From the NCBI GenBank assembly GCA_030390025.1, contig CM059432.1, positions 78,618,001 through 78,682,000 on the forward strand: 64,000 bases of DNA. Reading direction: 5' to 3'. The DNA comes from Squalus acanthias (taxonomy: Eukaryota). Both the position numbers and the translations under genes were made by a program. Below, one piece after another: positions 37,181-47,271 of this stretch; the stretch's first letter is position 1, and each line of letters begins with the position of its first letter. Under the pieces are notes generated by a model, which worked only from the letters and a program-made list of their open reading frames with translations, searched no databases and was not told where the DNA came from.

Positions 37181-37888
37181 GTGGTTGACACGGCCCTCGA
37201 CCGTGTCCGTTCTATCTCCCGCACTTCTGCCCTCACCCCTGCCCCTCCCTCCCGGAACCACGATAGAGTTCCCCTTGTCCTCACCTTTCACCCCACCAGC
37301 CTCCACATTCAATGGATCATCCTCCGCCATTTCCGCCACCTCCAGCGTGATCCCACCACTAAACGCATCTTCTCCTCACCTCCCCTTTCAGCATTCCATA
37401 GGGACCGCTCCCTCCGCGACACCCTAGTCCACTCCTCTACCACCCCCAGCACCCCTTCCCCTCTGCCCAGCACCTTCCCATGTAAGCGCAGGAGATGCAA
37501 CACATGCCCTTATACCTCCCTTCTTCCCACTGTCCAGGGCCCCAAACACCCCTTCCAGGTGAAACAGCGATTTACTTGTACTTCCTGCAATTTAGTATAC
37601 TGTATTCGCTGCTCACGATGTGGTCTCCTCTACATTGGGGAGACCAAACGCAGATTGGGTGACCGCTTTGTAGAACACCTCCGTTCAGTCCGTAAGGGGG
37701 ACCCCGAGCTCCCGGTGGCCTGTCACTTTAATTCTCGTCTCCAGTCCCACTCTGACCTCACCGTCCTCGGCCTATTACACTGTTCCACGGAAGCTCAGCG
37801 TAAGCTCGAGGAACAGCACCTCATCTTTTGTTTAGGCACGCTACAGGCCTCTGGACTCAACATCGAGTTCAACAATTTTAGATCATAA
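37181..37888 (+). CDS. C-terminal part of Penelope-like ORF: Cys-rich linker plus GIY-YIG endonuclease (5'-truncated, no RT)
   Basis: Open 235 codons: CKRRRCNTC linker; NLVYCIRCSRCGLLYIGETKRRLGDRFVEH; terminal GLN motif. Confidence 0.85.
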   Translation: MVDTALDRVRSISRTSALTPAPPSRNHDRVPLVLTFHPTSLHIQWIILRHFRHLQRDPTTKRIFSSPPLSAFHRDRSLRDTLVHSSTTPSTPSPLPSTFPCKRRRCNTCPYTSLLPTVQGPKHPFQVKQRFTCTSCNLVYCIRCSRCGLLYIGETKRRLGDRFVEHLRSVRKGDPELPVACHFNSRLQSHSDLTVLGLLHCSTEAQRKLEEQHLIFCLGTLQASGLNIEFNNFRS

Positions 37889-39033
37889 CCTCAGCCCCTA
37901 TCACATTTATATTTTATTTTTTCATCCACCCTTTTGTTTGCCCCCCCTTTTTTTTTCCTCCCAGAAGCTGGCAGCTGTCCTTCATTCTGCCAGCGCATTT
38001 CACACTTCATTTAGCCTCAACCTGTCACATTAACACCTCCTCTTGCCTTGATTATCTCTTAATGTCTCTCAATGTCTCTTAATCTCTCCTTTTGTTCTTT
38101 CATCCCCTCCCCCTTTTCCCACCTTTATACTTGCTTTAAATCTATTTCATTTCCGGCTTTTTTCCAGTGGGTGGTGGGGGTCTGAAACTCACTGCCTGAA
38201 AGGCAGAGACCCTCATCACATTTAAAAAGTATTTGGATATGCACCTGAAGTGCCGTAACCTACAAGGCTACGGACCAAGTGCTGGAAAGTGGGATTAGGG
38301 TGGATAGCTCTTTGTCGGCTGGCATGGACAAGATGGGCCGAATGGCCTCCTCCTGTGCTGTAAGTTTCTATGATTCTATGATTAAGAACCATACCCACGT
38401 CTTCCGCCTCCACACACAGGTTACCTTTTTGGTCTCTAATAGGCCCTACTCTTTCCTTAGTTATCCTCTTGCTCTTTATGTATTTATAAAACATCTTTGG
38501 GTTTTCCTTGATTTTACTTGCCAATACTTTTTCATGCCATCTCTTTGGTTTACTAATTTCCTTTTGAATTTTAGCCCTGCACTTTCTATACTCCTCTAGG
38601 CTTTCTGCAGTATTTAGCTCTCGGTATCTGACATAAGCTTCCCTTTTTTGCCTTATCCTACGCTGTATGCTCCTTGACATCCAGGGGGCTCTAGATTTGG
38701 AAGTCCTGCCCTTTTTCTTTGTGGGAACAAATTTGCTCTGAATCCTCACCAGCTCCTCCTTGAATGCCTCGCACTGCTCTGACACTGATTTACCTTCAAG
38801 TAGCTGCTTCCAGTCCACAAATCACATCTCAGCTTAGTAAAATTGACCTTTCCGCAATTGAGAATTTAGTTAGTTGCTGATTGATTTCTAATGGCTGTTG
38901 CTACGATTGTACAAGTGTTTGGTACTTTCTAGTGTTCTTTAAAGTTGCTAAAGTCTACAGGGAGTGGTGTGACCGGTGCTGAAGAACATTTTACTGACTT
39001 CAAGGCTTCTGCACAAACCTGTTGCTCCCAGAC

Positions 39034-39918
39034 ATGGGTGCAGTAGTAGGCATTCCCCTTGGAATACAGCATGACTGGGAGAATTAACAGAAGTGACACA
39101 GAGCATGGCAAGCTACAAGAAGAGGGAGGAGGAGGAGGGGGAGAAGGACTTTCAGCAGGAGGCCATATCTGCCAAGGGAGTTCAGGGAGAAATTCTCCTA
39201 CCTGAACCTCAGCGACGAACAGTGTGTGAGATGGCTGTGCTTCAGTAAGGACGTCCTCACTGAAATTTGCCACCTGCTGCAGCCACAACTGCAGCCTCAG
39301 AGGAAGGCAAGGACTGCATTGTAAGTGACTGTGAAGGTGACCATGGTCATGAACTTTTATGCGTCAGGCTCCTTCCAGGCTGGAGCAGGAGATATTTGCA
39401 ACATCTCGTGCTTCGCCAACCACCGTTGCATAAAGGAGGTCACTGAGGCTCTGTATTCCAAGAGAGCTGATGACATTTCATTCTCTCTGGCCAGAGAGCA
39501 GCAGGCAGAGTGAACCAAAGGGTGGCTACTGGGCGACGAGGGCTATCTGCTGAAGACATGGCTTATGACTCCGGTGCGCAACCCATGCACATATGGGCAG
39601 CATGCATATAATGAAAGCCATGCAGCCACACAAAATGTGATAGAGCACACTATTGGTGTGCTGAAACAGCGCTTCTGCTGCCTGGTCCACACTGGAGTAG
39701 CTCTGCAGTACTCGACAGAGTGGGTGTCAAGATTTATGGTGATCTGCTGCATGCTGCACAACCTCGCCATCATGAGGGCACAACCTTTGCCACCAACTAT
39801 ACAGCGAATGGCTGAGAAGCAAGACCAGGTGGAGGAGGAGGAAGGGACGAGGCAACCTAGACAGCCTCTTTCTGGCTGGGCTGACTGTGAACAACACATC
39901 CGACTGCACTACCAATAA
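39034..39918 (+). pseudogene. Harbinger transposase remnant (copy D) with internal deletion near 39515
   Basis: VKVTMVMNFYASGSFQ, then a jump to [38 protein letters not shown]; region with first catalytic Asp absent. Confidence 0.88.
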
Positions 39919-40069
39919 ACACAACCGCAATTCCCTATTCACCAGAACTTCTACACCTTAACTTCCCTCTGTTACAGTCCATTACAGCGTCCGCTTGGAC
40001 ACAATGCAAAAATAAAAACCAACACAGAATAAACATTCCAAACCAAATTTAAAAATCAAAGCATGCCAT

Positions 40070-41199
40070 TGTTGTGGCTGCCGCGAAGCACGAATTGAGG
40101 CCGAGTCAACATGTGAAACACATAGGGGTAAAAATTCAGTTGGTTGCGCCTCCCGTTAGCGCCTTAAGAGGGCGCTAATGGGGCGCAAAGACGCTAAAGC
40201 CCGGGTGCAGCGATGTTTGCGCCGCTCGGGAACTTAACTAGAGATTGTGCGGCGGCGCTAAAACTTACCACTGCGACCTCCTGCGCGCGCAGATTGTGAC
40301 GTCATTCCATGGTGCAACGCCCTTGTGGCGCCCCGGAGCGGAAATTGAGTGGCGCCCCCTGCCTTACCGCCTGGCGCATCCAACGACCAGAAGACTGGAA
40401 CGCTATCAATCGCTGTGGGGCTGGGGGGGGCGCTATTTAAAGGGGGCCTCTTCCTGTCTTTTATTGTTGGTGGCATTTTTGAACTACGCATTCTGAGAGA
40501 GAGAGGGAGAGACTTCTGGAGAGATTCAACGTTGTGTGAAGGAGTTTTGGGTACTGAGCAGCACTTTGCAGGTTCATTTTGATTTGCCATTCCTTGTATC
40601 GATTTAGCAGAGACTGTGGGAGCTGCACTCTGAGCTCTTTGCCTGGTACTCTCCATTGTTCTTTCCAGCACATTTGATGTGCAGGTCTCTCCAGGCCGAG
40701 ATTCAAGGCTGCAATGAGCAGGATGTGGATGGAAAGCAAGATTAACCATCCCCTTTAAGAACTGGCCCGTGCCATTGTGTGTGTGTTCCATTGCTGACTG
40801 ACATTACATGAGCTTCGCCAGCGCTCTGAGGTAGCGCCTCGCTCCTCGGCCTTTGCGCCTTAAGACAGGTGTGAAGCGCCTGATTTAGCGCTCCACTCAC
40901 CTCCCGGGGCGGTAAAAGTGAAGTTTCCAGTCAGTGCCGATAATTAGCGCCAGGCGCTAATATTTGCATCCAGACGATATTTGCGCCCCAAACGGGGCGC
41001 GACCTCATTTTTACCCCATAGCTTTTAATCACATCTCTGCTCAAAATGGCTGCAGCCACATTTCTCTGCAAAAACCCAGAGGCCACGCCCACTCCTTTTT
41101 TCCTGCCTTAAAGGCAAGGTGCCTTAAAGGCAAGGTGCCCGATTTATTGTCCACGGACGCAAAAGTGGATTGCGCCCGTTTAGGTGGCGATCAGCCGCA
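40070..41199 (-). repeat. 3' LTR (interrupted by MITE 40125-41017; 16-bp tandem duplication at ~41105-41136)
   Basis: Matches 45050-45267 apart from about 6 substitutions, the duplication and the insertion; PPT GGGGGGAG at ~41204-41210 on minus strand. Confidence 0.92.
40125..41017. mobile_element. Non-autonomous Harbinger-type element, 893 bp, inside the Gypsy LTR
   Basis: Perfect 11-bp TIR GGGGTAAAAAT / ATTTTTACCCC; TSD ATA; the other LTR shows the empty site (aaacacATAgctttt). Confidence 0.95.
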
Positions 41200-41342
41200 C
41201 AGCTCCCCCCAGAATCCGCTTAGGAGGTGTGGACGAGACGGTGCGGTGGTCTGATGGGCCGGCCGGAGCGGCTCTTGTAGGACGCCGGTGGACGTGGAAC
41301 GGCCGGGCGTGGAGCAGCCGGGTGAACTGGCTTGAGGGCAGG

Positions 41343-41970
41343 TCAGCCGCGTGGCGGTGGACGAGCTACCGGGACCTGCTCACCAGGCTCCGAGTGTGCT
41401 GGCTTGAGTCGGTCAACCGACACTTTTTCGGTCCTGTCGCCCACTTGGAGGGTGAAAAATTTGTCCCCAGCCTGTAGCACCTTGTAGGGCCCGTCGTACG
41501 GGGGTTGAAGTGGTCCGCGGTGGGCGTCGTGCCGGACGAAAACGAACCGTGCCTGGTGCAGGCTTAGTGGGACGTGTGAGGTGGATTCGCCGTGTCGGGC
41601 AATGGGCACCGGGGCGAACTGTAGCACCGGTGAGGCGAAGTCATGGCGTTGCTGGTCGGCTGACCAGGGTGTCGTGGCGGTGGGCAGGAACTCGCCGGGT
41701 ACGCGCAGCGGCTGACCGTACACGAGCTCTGCTGCCGATGCGTGGAGGTCTTCTTTAACCGCAGTACGCAGGCCGAGGCGGACCCATGGGAGTCGGTCGG
41801 TCCAGGCGCCGTCCTGGAGGCTGGCTCGAAGAGATGCCTTCAAGGATCTGTGGAACCGCTCACACAGTCCGTTGGCTTGGGGGTGGTACGCTGTGGTGCG
41901 GTGAATGGTCACCCCGAGATTGCGTGCGACGGCGGTCCAGAGTTCAGAGGTAAATTGCGGACCTCTGTCC
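41343..41970 (-). pseudogene. Gypsy integrase C-terminal half, out of frame with upstream pol
   Basis: DRGPQFTS, TTAYHPQANGLCERFH, GPY/F motif PYDGPYKV. Confidence 0.9.
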
Positions 41971-44900
41971 AAACCGTGCGACCCAGGTGCTGACGAAAGC
42001 TCTGGCAATGTCGGCGGTGGTGGTAGAGGTCAGTGGAATTGCCTCGGGCCAGCGCGTAGTGCGGTCAACGATCGTCAGCAAATGCGTGTGGCCTTGCGAC
42101 GGCGGCAGGGGCCCAATGATGTCCACGTGGATGTGGTCGAATCTACGCGAAGGGACAGTAAACTCCTCGAGGGGTGCTTTCGTGTGTTGCTGCACCTTGG
42201 CCCATTGGCAGGCTAGGCAGGAGTTGGCCCAAGTATGCACATCCTTGTGAAGGCCGCGCCAGACAAAGCGGTTGGCTACCAATTTGATGGATGCGCGGGC
42301 GCCGGGGTGGGAGAGGTTGTGAAGAATCTCGAATACCCGGCAGCGCCAGGACGGTGGGACGACGGGCCGAGGTTGACATAGGGATATGTCGCACTTGACC
42401 GTGACTGCGGTCGGGCCCCAGGCGACGTTGGCCAGGCGTAACCCTGGTAGGTTGGTAGGTGCGGAGAGCAGATCAGGGTCGGTGATCTGGTCTGCTGTGA
42501 GTTGAGCGTAGTCGACTGCCAGGTGTGCGGCGTGGATGGTGGGGCGGGAGAGGCAGTCGGCTACCACATTGTCTCGGCCGGAGACGTGTTGGATGTCCGT
42601 GGTGAACTCGGACACTGCCGCGAGCTGGCGCTGCTGCCTGGCGGACCAGGGGTCGGTTGTCTTTGCCATTGCGAATGTCAGGGGTTTGTGGTCGACAAAC
42701 GCAGTGAAGGGGTGGCCCTCCAGCAAAAACCGAAAATGGCGGACCGCCAGGAACAGCGCGAGGAGCTCGCGGTCGAAGGTGCTGTACTTGACCTCCGGGG
42801 GGCGTAGTTGGCGGCTGAAGAAGGCAAGTGGTTGCCAGGTGCCGTCGACCCACTGCTCATACACGGCGCCGACCGCGTGGTCGAAGGCGTCCGTGGTGAG
42901 CGCTACCCTGGCATTGGGCCGTGGGTGCGCGAGCAGGGTGGCGTTGGCGAGCGCGGTCTTGGTGGAGTCGAAGGCGGCTGACGCGTCTGCCGTCCATTCG
43001 ACCACCATCTTGCCGCTCCTGCCCCGGAGGGCTTCATACAGGGGCCTCATGAGGGGCGCCGCTTTGGGGATGAAGCGGTTGTAGAAATTCACCATCCCGA
43101 GGAACTCCTGGAGGCCTTTGATGGTGGTGGGGCGGGGAAATTGTTGGACGGCCTGCACCTTGGTGGGCAGGGGAATGGCCCCAGCATGGGTGATGTGGTG
43201 GCCGAGGAAGTCGATCTTGTCCAGGCAGAACTGGCATTTGGCTGGGCTGAGGATGAGCCCGTGGTCGCTGAGGCGCCCGAACAGGATGCAAAGGTGTTCG
43301 AGGTGTTCCTGCTTGGAGGAACTGGCTACCAGGATGTCATCCAGGTAGACGAACAGGAACTTCAGGTCCCGAAGGTCCGAGTCCATGAGCCGTTGGAATG
43401 CCTGGGCCGCGTTTTTGAGGCCGAAGGGCATCCGCAGGAACTCGAAAAGGCCGAAGGGGGTGATTACGGCCGTCTTGGGGACGTCCGCGGGATGGACGGG
43501 GACTTGGTGGTAGCCGCGCACCAGGTCTACCTTGGAAAAGACTGAGCGGCCAGCCAGTCTAGCCGAGAAGTCCTGGATGTGCGGCACGGAGTACCGATCA
43601 GGGGTGGTGGCATCGTTGAGGCGGCGGTAATCCCCGCAGGGGCGCCAACCCCCGCCTGGTTTGGGGGCGATGTGGAGTGGGGAGGCCCAGGGACTGTTGG
43701 AGCGGCGGATGATGCCGAGCTGTTCCATGGTGGCAAACTCGGTCCGCGCGATCTCCAGTTTGGCCGGGTCCAGCCTGCGGGCGTGGGCGTACACTGGGGG
43801 GCCTGTGGTGGGGATGAAGTGTTCCACCCCGTGTTTGGCGGCCTCCGCGGAGAAGGTCGGATTGGTAAGGGCTGGGAATTCGGCCAGGAGTGTCGAGTAG
43901 TCATCCGTGGCCCGGGCGTGGCACTGTGACGCCATGTCGGCAGGTTGACGGGGGGCCAGGGCGCCCAGGATTGCGGACATGGTGTTCATGTCCACGAGGT
44001 GGTGTCGAGGGATGTCTACCAGTAGGCCGTGGGCGCACAGGAAATCTGCGCCGATGAGAGGGGAGAGCACCTTGGCAGTGATGAACTCCCATCGGTAGCG
44101 GCGACCAGCGAGGTCGAGGGTGACTGTCCGGGTGCCGTACGTCCGGATTTCCGAGCCGTTAGCAGCAGCCAGCGCCGGTCCTCGTTTGCCCTTTTCGATG
44201 TCGAGGGTGGAGGCCGGGATGATGCTGTGCTGAGCTCCAGTGTCGCACAGGAACCGGCGGCCAGTTTTGTCATCCGTGACGTACAGCAGGGAGCCCGCGT
44301 GGCCCACGGCCATCGCGGGGGCTGGTACGGGGACGGACTTGAAAGAGCAGGGAGGTGTGCACCGTTGTGCCCTGGCGCCGAACCGTGCGTGGTAGTAACA
44401 GTGGCCCGGGTTAGTGGGGCGCGAAGGCCCCGTGAGCCCGGTGGCTGGGCCTTGTGGCCGCGTGGTGGCTGGTGAGGGGCGCGCCCAGGCAGTGGCTGCC
44501 AGGTCCGGAGTGACGTCGAGGCTGGAGTGAGCGGACAGCAGCTTGTCGGCCTCATCGGCCAGGGCTTCCAGGTCCGTGAGGCCGGACGCCACGATTGCTG
44601 GGCAGATGCTTAGAGGTAGCTGGCGGATGAACAGCGTGCGGTAGAGGGATCCAGGTGGGCTCTCGTCGGTGAGAGAGAGCATGTGGGAGAGGAGGTCTGA
44701 CGGTGAGGCATCACCGAGGCCTGGAAGGTCGAGGAGGTGGCAGTTTTGCTGGTATGTCGAGGCCGTAAATTTTTTAAGGAGCGCGGCCTTAAGATGTGCA
44801 TACTTGCCCCCCTCTGGTGGGTTCTGCAGCGCTGTCCAGACCTTCGTAACTGTGGAGCTACCGAGTGATGTGACGAGGTAGTCGTACTTCGTCCCATCTG

Positions 44901-45009
44901 TGGTGATTTGTTGCAGCTGGAATCGGGACTCGGCTTGGAGAAACCAGGCTTCGGGCTGGTTTTCCCAAAACTCCGGCAGTTTCACGGAAACTGCGTTCGT
45001 GTCCGCCAT
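41944..45009 (-). CDS. Gypsy gag-pol polyprotein (Gag, protease, RT, RNase H, integrase N-half), 1021 aa, ended by frameshift
   Basis: KLPEFW..PEAWF Gag start; C-X2-H-X9-C-X3-C knuckle; FLCDTGA protease; YLDD RT; RNase H (YSTFDRELLA); HHCC and HVDIIGP integrase motifs. Confidence 0.93.
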   Translation of the reverse strand: MADTNAVSVKLPEFWENQPEAWFLQAESRFQLQQITTDGTKYDYLVTSLGSSTVTKVWTALQNPPEGGKYAHLKAALLKKFTASTYQQNCHLLDLPGLGDASPSDLLSHMLSLTDESPPGSLYRTLFIRQLPLSICPAIVASGLTDLEALADEADKLLSAHSSLDVTPDLAATAWARPSPATTRPQGPATGLTGPSRPTNPGHCYYHARFGARAQRCTPPCSFKSVPVPAPAMAVGHAGSLLYVTDDKTGRRFLCDTGAQHSIIPASTLDIEKGKRGPALAAANGSEIRTYGTRTVTLDLAGRRYRWEFITAKVLSPLIGADFLCAHGLLVDIPRHHLVDMNTMSAILGALAPRQPADMASQCHARATDDYSTLLAEFPALTNPTFSAEAAKHGVEHFIPTTGPPVYAHARRLDPAKLEIARTEFATMEQLGIIRRSNSPWASPLHIAPKPGGGWRPCGDYRRLNDATTPDRYSVPHIQDFSARLAGRSVFSKVDLVRGYHQVPVHPADVPKTAVITPFGLFEFLRMPFGLKNAAQAFQRLMDSDLRDLKFLFVYLDDILVASSSKQEHLEHLCILFGRLSDHGLILSPAKCQFCLDKIDFLGHHITHAGAIPLPTKVQAVQQFPRPTTIKGLQEFLGMVNFYNRFIPKAAPLMRPLYEALRGRSGKMVVEWTADASAAFDSTKTALANATLLAHPRPNARVALTTDAFDHAVGAVYEQWVDGTWQPLAFFSRQLRPPEVKYSTFDRELLALFLAVRHFRFLLEGHPFTAFVDHKPLTFAMAKTTDPWSARQQRQLAAVSEFTTDIQHVSGRDNVVADCLSRPTIHAAHLAVDYAQLTADQITDPDLLSAPTNLPGLRLANVAWGPTAVTVKCDISLCQPRPVVPPSWRCRVFEILHNLSHPGARASIKLVANRFVWRGLHKDVHTWANSCLACQWAKVQQHTKAPLEEFTVPSRRFDHIHVDIIGPLPPSQGHTHLLTIVDRTTRWPEAIPLTSTTTADIARAFVSTWVARFGQRSAIYL

Positions 45010-45034
45010 TGCAGTGCTCGGAATACGTTCTGAG

Positions 45035-45048
45035 CGTCGGGGTCACCA
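45035..45048 (-). other. Primer binding site complementary to tRNA-Trp 3' end
   Basis: TGGTGACCCCGACG one base inside the 5' LTR. Confidence 0.88.
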
Positions 45049-45049
45049 A

Positions 45050-45267
45050 TGTTGTGGCTGCCGCGAAGCACGAATTGAGGCCGAGTCAACATGTGAAACA
45101 CATAGCTTTTAGTCACATCTCTGGTCAAAATGGCTGCAGCCACATTTCTCTGCAAAAACCCAGAGGCCACGCCCACTCCTTTTTTCCTGCCTTAAAGGCA
45201 AGGTGGCCGATTTATTGTCCACGGACGGAAAAGTGGATTGCGCCCGTTTAGGTGGCGATCCGCCACA
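45050..45267 (-). repeat. 5' LTR, 218 bp
   Basis: TGTGGCGG...CACAACA on minus strand; direct repeat of 3' LTR. Confidence 0.93.
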
Positions 45268-45294
45268 CCATATTGCATACAAACGTAAACTAAT

Positions 45295-47271
45295 CACCCT
45301 TGTGCATTTCCTTAGAGCTACTCTTTCGTGCGCCTAGTGCTCCTACATAGTGCTACCACAGTGGCTGCAGAATGGCTGCTGGAAGACTGCTGACTGTCGG
45401 TGGGGGAGACTGTAGATGGCCTTTGAGGACGACCTCAAGCAGCTCTGGGCCCAGAAGGCCTGGCTTCGAACTGTACCATCTCGGCAGGGGCAGCAGCAGT
45501 CTGGGCTGGCTGGCTGACAGGCAACAGCAAGGGCACCGGCGGAGTGGCAGTGGTGGGAAGTCGAATGCTGTCATCCTGAGAAAGGACAGCAGGTTCGTGC
45601 TCCACGGAGCCACTGCCACTCCCCCGGGGCGGTGCCTCAGCAATCCTAGTAATCTGTTGGAGGACAGATTGCTAAACTGCTGTGACACCCTGCAAGCCCC
45701 TTTGAACACTGGTATCTGCAGCCATGATGGCAGCAATCTGAGCTTGTATGACAAAAGTCTGGGCTTCCACTGCAGCACCCAGACGTTGGGTGGCTTCTAC
45801 TTGTGCTGCAATGGGAGCTGAGACATCAGCCATCAGATACTGCATCATGGTTGGGTCCGCAAGTGCGCTAATGGAGTTGGCCACCACTTTCATGCTGGAA
45901 GGGATCGGGTCCAAGCTCTGCACAAAGCCCTGTGCCAAGTTGATGCCGGACTCCTCCATGCTCCTTGACATTGCGCGCAGGCTTTCTGGCAGGCTTGCCA
46001 ATGCACCAAGCATTTCATTGTGCATACCCATCAGCCTTCTTTTGTAGCCTGCCCCATCAAAGTGCTCATCTGAGTCCTCTGCAGCAGAGCTTGTGTGCAA
46101 GCTCGCCTTCCAGTGAGCTGGCACCTGTGCTACCCTTGCCCCCCTGCCCTGACTGCAGGCCACTCATGCCCGGTGTCTCACTACGTGCAGATCCCGCCCC
46201 TAAGCTATCCTCCAAAGACATGCAGTGTCAGTAACTGAGCTGGTGGCTGCGAGTATGAAATCGAACGACGGTGTTTCTTCATCATCACCGTATTCTTGCT
46301 CTTCCACCTGTTGCTCTTCCACCACTGCCTGGCCAGGTTGCAGTTCTTGGGTATCTGAAAGGAGAAAGGTACAGGGTAGGGTTGCGGTGAGGGGGGGGGT
46401 GAGGGGAAAAGTAAGAGGTGCATGCTTAGAATCATAGAATCATAGAATGGTTACAGCACAGAAGGAGGCCATTCGGCCTGTCAAGCCCGTGCCGGCTCTC
46501 TGCAAGAGCACTTCAGCTAGTCCCACTCCCCCATCCTTCCCCCGTAGCCCTGCAAATGTTTTCCTTCAGGTACTTATCCAATTCCCTTTTGAAAGCCACA
46601 ATTGCTTACACCATCTGCAGCTTATAAATCAGTAGAGATTGTGGGATAAGGGGGAAGTGGGATGTGAGGAGAATTAGGTATGAGGATACCATCATCTACT
46701 ATGGTTTCAGCCCCGCCGCTGGCCATGGCCTCAGCAATGGCCACTCCAACGATGGCGAGCACTGTCTCCTCCAACGACATGCAGCTATGCCTGTCCCCTG
46801 CTGGCTATCATGGTTGAATAGCTGGCAATGTGTCCAAACTGTGAGATGTGGGTGTGAGGCTTACAGCAGTGCTAAGTGTGTAAAGGTGAGGTGAAGCTAT
46901 AAATGTGTGGTATGAGTCCTGATTGATAGAGATTGTGGGTAGGTGAGTAATGGGGGCGTGGTGCATTGAGCAGTGTCTGAGGCTAGTGGTGCAGTTGGTG
47001 GGATATGGCATTTGAAAATACATTCACTGACCTTGACAACTCATGTGAGGTCATTGAACTTTGTGTGGCACTGTATTCAGGTCCTCGTGGCTTTACTCCT
47101 GGTATTGACTGCCATGGCTATCTGGTTCTACTGCCTTCTGAGAGTTTGTTTGGAGGGCCTCCTCACCCCCTGTGGATAGAGGATCTCTCTCCTCCTCTCC
47201 ACTTCTGCCACCAAGACCTCCAATGCAGCGTCAGAAAATCTTGGAGCTCACTCTCTCCCATGTTGTGCAAT
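45295..47271 (-). pseudogene. Myb/SANT-like gene remnant of Harbinger D (exon 1 47271-47032)
   Basis: Colinear with copy A gene; start codon ATG->ATT; in-frame stops. Confidence 0.82.
46429..46602 (-). mobile_element. Short CR1 3' end in intron 2 of Harbinger D Myb gene
   Basis: TSD TGCTTA (46423-46428, 46603-46608); empty site seen in copy E at ~54031-54048. Confidence 0.88.

Larger units (their letters stand above)
37054..38168 (+). mobile_element. Penelope-like (Neptune-type) element fragment with inverted terminal piece 37054-~37164
   Basis: GIY-YIG ORF on +; inverted terminal repeat with hammerhead at the left end; several hundred bp of host CR1 missing at the site. Confidence 0.9.
35461..38380 (+). 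mobile_element. Second CR1 of the same family inserted antisense into the first (segments 35461-37053 and 38169-38380)
   Basis: ORF fragments 35526-37003; tail ttctatgattctatg; ATTAAG duplicated at 35455-35460 and 38381-38386. Confidence 0.92.
33750..38868 (-). mobile_element. 5'-truncated CR1 LINE (segments 33750-35460 and 38381-38868) inserted in Harbinger D
   Basis: RT ORFs 34492-35172 and 33999-34454 (YMDFSKAFD, GVPQGSVLGP, FADD); (ATAGAATC)n tail; GTTA duplicated at 33746-33749 and 38869-38872. Confidence 0.92.
40070..45267 (-). mobile_element. Ty3/Gypsy LTR retrotransposon, CsRn1-like, near full length
   Basis: Two LTRs with TG..CA ends; 4-bp TSD CCAT (40066-40069, 45268-45271); tRNA-Trp PBS; PPT; gag-pol ORF. 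Confidence 0.95.

Noticed and set aside
41944..41985. Programmed ribosomal frameshift in pol
   Set aside because: No slippery heptamer and conserved residues are missing; a deletion explains it better
41987..44881. Many plus-strand and alternative-frame ORFs over the Gypsy element
   Set aside because: Shadow ORFs caused by high GC opposite or overlapping the real gag-pol frame; no motifs
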